Source: Balanoglossus misakiensis (Eukaryota > Animalia > Hemichordata). From it: a stretch of DNA of 64,000 bases. The position numbers were made by a program, and so were the translations under genes. The notes under the pieces are model-generated. The model did no database searches. It had not been told where the DNA came from and saw nothing but the letters and a program-made list of their open reading frames with translations. Where the stretch lies: the NCBI GenBank assembly GCA_040954595.2, contig CM082580.2, positions 1,912,783 to 1,976,782 of the forward strand, given 5' to 3'. This document shows positions 60,805 through 64,000 of the stretch, piece after piece (the stretch's first letter is position 1; each line of letters opens with the position of its first letter).

Positions 60805-61929
60805 AGGAAATTCTAAGTCCGGTAACAAAATAACAATTTTGTGATTTATGTTGACTTTGCTTTTTCTTCCAAATATGGAGAAGACTGTCTGTTTTCAGTT
60901 TGTTCTTAAAGTAGCCATTTTTGGGCTAAAATGGCCAAAACGGCAATTTTGTCTTGCGTGGGGTAAGTAAGACTGCTTTTTCTGGAATCACCACCATTGT
61001 TTACGTAGAATAGAATTAACTTACTCCATGAGATCTCAAAATATGGAGAAAATAGTTTGTTGTGCCTTTTCTCTAAAAATAGCCATTTTTGGGCTAAAAT
61101 GGCCAAAATGGCAATTTTGTCTTGAGTGGGGTAAGTAAGACTGTTTTTTTTTGGAATCAGCACCATTTTAATTCATAAAATGGACTTTTCATACTCCATC
61201 AGATCTCCAAATATGAAGATAACGGTCTGTTTTCAGTGTCGTTTTTTCTTAAAATCGCCATTTTTGGGTGAAAAATGGCCATTTTGGCAATTTTTTCTTG
61301 TCTGGGGTCAATCAGACTGCTTTTTCTGGAATCACCACCATTGTTTACGTAGAATAGAATTAACATACTCCATCAGATATTCAAATATGGAGAAAACTGT
61401 TTGTTTTTAGTTTTTATCTAAAAATGACCTTTTTTGGGTTAAAAATGGCCAAAATGGCAATTTTGTCTTGAGTGGGGTCAATAAGACTGACTTTTTTGGA
61501 ATCAGCACCATTTTTATTCATAAAATGGACTTTTCATACTCAGTCAGATCTCCAAATATGAAGAAAACAGTCTGTTTTCAGTGTCGTTTTTTCTTAAAAT
61601 CGCCATTTTTGGGTGAAAAATGGCCATTTTGGCAATTTTTTCTTGTCTGGGGTCAATCAGACTGCTTTTTCTGGAATCACCACCATTGTTTACGTAGAAT
61701 AGAATTAACATACTCCATCAGATATCCAAATATGGAGAAAACAGTGTGTTTTTAGTTTTTATCTAAAAATGACCTTTTTTGGGTTAAAAATGGCCAAAAT
61801 GGCAATTTTGTCTTGAGTGGGGTCAATAAGACTGACTTTTTTGGAATCAGCACCATTTTTTACATAGAATGGACTTCTCAAACCTTCCTTACCAAAAATT
61901 CTGATTAACGGCACCTATCTCCTAGGGTA

Positions 61930-62184
61930 ATGACCCGTCACAGAAAAACCATGCATGTATTATGATGGATATTAGTGAATGCATCTCTGAGTATTTCGAA
62001 GAGGCTGTTGGAACTCATAAAAGTTATAGAGACATGGCGTAAAAACACTGAAGCTATCCACCCCCCAATGAACACGCAAGAAGAGATACGTCTGCTCTCG
62101 ACTTTAAGTTGGATATACCAGGAGTTTGAAACCCAGCAAGATACACAATTAGATTTAATTTTACAGCATTTTGCTGATGAGTAG
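61930..62184 (+). pseudogene. 3' half of the split Polinton-type ORF (DPSQKNHACIMMDISECISEYFEEAV...)
   Basis: In frame with 51953-52175 after removing Academ and one TSD copy; stops at about 62040, or frameshifts into ORF 61975..62184. Confidence 0.65.
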
Positions 62185-62434
62185 ACCATTTTGACAGTCC
62201 TTGTTACGCAACTTTTCAAGTTCAGATTTACTTGTTAATATGTAACTTTTTATGAGCATTTGATAAGTAATAATAAAAATATCTTTAAGCTTAAATAAGA
62301 TTGTGCGTGTAGCCTTAGCTGTTACTTGAGTGTAAGAACGCTTGCGTGTGTGTAAGCGTGAAAGTCACGACTACCTCCCCACGATCAAATCTAGTTTTTC
62401 ACCCGGTACTTTACACTTCAATCACCGAAGAAGT

Positions 62435-64000
62435 ATGGCCGAATCAAGAGAAGCTACCATTGCTGATGTTGTCATGACCGCAACAACCCTTGACGAGTTA
62501 GAGGCTGTGTTAGAAATTCACCGGGATGCGTTGACACCCTTTATAGAACTGGCGGCAATTACTCGGCGATGCGAACTGGTAGCTGAACACCCTACCCCCG
62601 AGGACCAGGATTCGGTGAGTGACACAACCTTGTCTAACTCTACTAGCACGGGTACTGATTTAGAACATAATTTGGTAGAACAGGAAAATGTGTATCAAGC
62701 GGGTGGTAACACTATACCGATAACCACCCCTACGCCCCCGACTTCCCGGGTTCAAATCACCCCCTACCAACGACAACCATACCGCCCCGTACAACCGGGG
62801 CCCACGACCCCGATACCGACAACCACCCCTAATCCCTCGACCTATTCACACCCCGTACAACCGGGGTCCACGACCTCGATACCACCACCCAGCCCTATTC
62901 CCTCGACCTCAACATACCCCGTACAACCGGGGCCCTCGACCTCGATACCACCACCCAGCCCTATTCCCTCGACCTCAACATACCCCGTACAACCGGGGCC
63001 CTCGACCTCTATACCACCACCCAGCCCTATTCCCTCGACCTCAACATTCCCCGTACAACCGGGGCCCTCGACCTCGATACCACCACCCAGCCCTATTCCC
63101 TCGACGTCAACATGCCCCGTACAACCGAGGCCCTCGACCTCGATACCGCCAGCCAGCCCTATTCCCTCGACCTCATCACGACCCGTACAACCGAGGCCCT
63201 CGACCTTAACAAGCCCCCCTACACACGCTCCTCGAGCGTCAACTTTGATGCAGCATCGTGTTCAACCCCCACTCCCCCAGAAAAGAGGTGGTAAACGTAC
63301 TGAGAAAAGTGTCAAGAGACAGCGGTGTAACGTCGAGGATTTACCCTGTGATCGGATATACGATATGCGTAAAATAGACAGTCGGTACATCACGAAGTAT
63401 AAAACCACTCAAACCGACTATGTCATTAATTTTCGAGAAATCGAAACGGATGGTCTGCATGAAGTGTTCCGCATAATCTACCGAGCGTTTCAAGACATTT
63501 TCAGCTGTATTATCGATGGTATGAACCCCACGGATCGCATCCGTTTCGTTTTTAGAACCCCCCAGCTACAACGTGCCATCAACCTCCCCTTTTCGTACGT
63601 TAGGGATGCAGATGTTGATTTGCTGTTTGGTGAAATCGAGAGGGTTTTGCAGTCCTACGAGAATTTTGAAATCGACGAAGGGGTTCTCTTAAATGTTATC
63701 CACGTTGCGATGCCTATTGGTAATGGACGGCGTAGGAGGGCCATGAAATACGTGGGTTTCGATAAATTCCTAAATGATAAGCGCTCGATTATCCAAATAA
63801 CCAACAAAGACAAGCTCTGCTGTGGGAGGGCATTAGTAGCAGCCTGTGCTGCTGCCGAAGAACACCCCGACCGCCAGAACATTACACGTGACCGTAAGCA
63901 ACAGAGAGAAATGGCATTGGCGTTATATAGAAAGGCCGGGGTTGCATATGGCACATGTGGTATCCCCGAATTAAGGAGATTTCAGGCCGTGTTACCAAAG
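62435..64000 (+). CDS. N-terminal part of a Polinton-type protein-primed family-B DNA polymerase (incomplete at the window end; absent from the ORF track)
   Basis: Manual translation gives 522 codons without a stop from ATG 62435; motifs IERVLQSYENF, HVAMPIGNG, KRSIIQITNKDKLCCGRALV, Q..MALALYRKAGV..GTCGIPEL..FQ are typical of the Polinton pPolB N-terminal region. The catalytic motifs lie outside the window. Confidence 0.82.
   Translation, partial: MAESREATIADVVMTATTLDELEAVLEIHRDALTPFIELAAITRRCELVAEHPTPEDQDSVSDTTLSNSTSTGTDLEHNLVEQENVYQAGGNTIPITTPTPPTSRVQITPYQRQPYRPVQPGPTTPIPTTTPNPSTYSHPVQPGSTTSIPPPSPIPSTSTYPVQPGPSTSIPPPSPIPSTSTYPVQPGPSTSIPPPSPIPSTSTFPVQPGPSTSIPPPSPIPSTSTCPVQPRPSTSIPPASPIPSTSSRPVQPRPSTLTSPPTHAPRASTLMQHRVQPPLPQKRGGKRTEKSVKRQRCNVEDLPCDRIYDMRKIDSRYITKYKTTQTDYVINFREIETDGLHEVFRIIYRAFQDIFSCIIDGMNPTDRIRFVFRTPQLQRAINLPFSYVRDADVDLLFGEIERVLQSYENFEIDEGVLLNVIHVAMPIGNGRRRRAMKYVGFDKFLNDKRSIIQITNKDKLCCGRALVAACAAAEEHPDRQNITRDRKQQREMALALYRKAGVAYGTCGIPELRRFQAVLPK
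62786..63210 (+). repeat. 66-bp coding tandem repeat (PVQPGPSTSIPPPSPIPSTSTY), 6-7 copies
   Basis: CCCGTACAACCG recurs with a 66-nt period and keeps the reading frame. Confidence 0.93.

Larger units (their letters stand above)
52176..61929 (+). mobile_element. Academ (AcademX-type) DNA transposon
   Basis: Long TIRs TACCCTAGGAGATAGGTGCCGTTAATCAGAATTTTTGG... with about 1 kb of subterminal repeats on each side; 3-bp TSD ATG (52173-75, 61930-32); Academ-type transposase plus XPG-like domain inside. Confidence 0.88.
47426..64000 (+). mobile_element. Polinton/Maverick-like element, left portion (continues beyond the window)
   Basis: Candidate AGTAGT terminus at 47426 followed by a hairpin and 50-bp tandem repeats; co-oriented small ORFs; CxGC..PSQ..H.C ORF; pPolB-type N-terminus at the window end. 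The left boundary is inferred from one end only. Confidence 0.7.

Noticed and set aside
63112-63294. Overprinted ORF with ALDL repeats
   Set aside because: It is the alternative frame of the 66-bp PolB repeat, short and without independent support.
1-64000. tRNA or rRNA genes
   Set aside because: None recognised; the only tRNA-related sequence is the PBS.

Overview
AT-rich animal genomic DNA (invertebrate-like; the taxon is an inference) that is almost entirely a stack of nested mobile elements. 1-21 kb: minisatellites and microsatellites, several non-autonomous DNA transposons (pogo/Tigger-, Zator/Harbinger-, Kolobok-, hAT-, EnSpm- and IS3EU-like) and scattered minus-strand exons of an unidentified, possibly decaying gene. 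21.6-31.7 kb: a very young Ty3/Gypsy LTR element (288-bp LTRs, CAGA target duplication) with an unusual architecture: Gag starts with a helix-hairpin-helix motif, a -1 frameshift pseudoknot precedes pol, pol has lost its RT and RNase H cores, the integrase ends in a PHD finger, and an intact 773-aa third ORF in the env position carries a TatD nuclease with all metal-ligand motifs. 33.5-46 kb: seven nested Helentron-type non-autonomous elements inside a TIR element. 47.4-64 kb: the probable left part of a Polinton/Maverick-like element (AGTAGT terminus, small ORFs, an intact Crypton-type tyrosine recombinase, N-terminus of a protein-primed PolB running off the window), interrupted by an Academ transposon that itself contains a 5'-truncated LINE. 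The best candidates for undescribed biology are the TatD-carrying Gypsy element and the tyrosine-recombinase-bearing Polinton. All calls come from reading motifs by eye; no database search was run.
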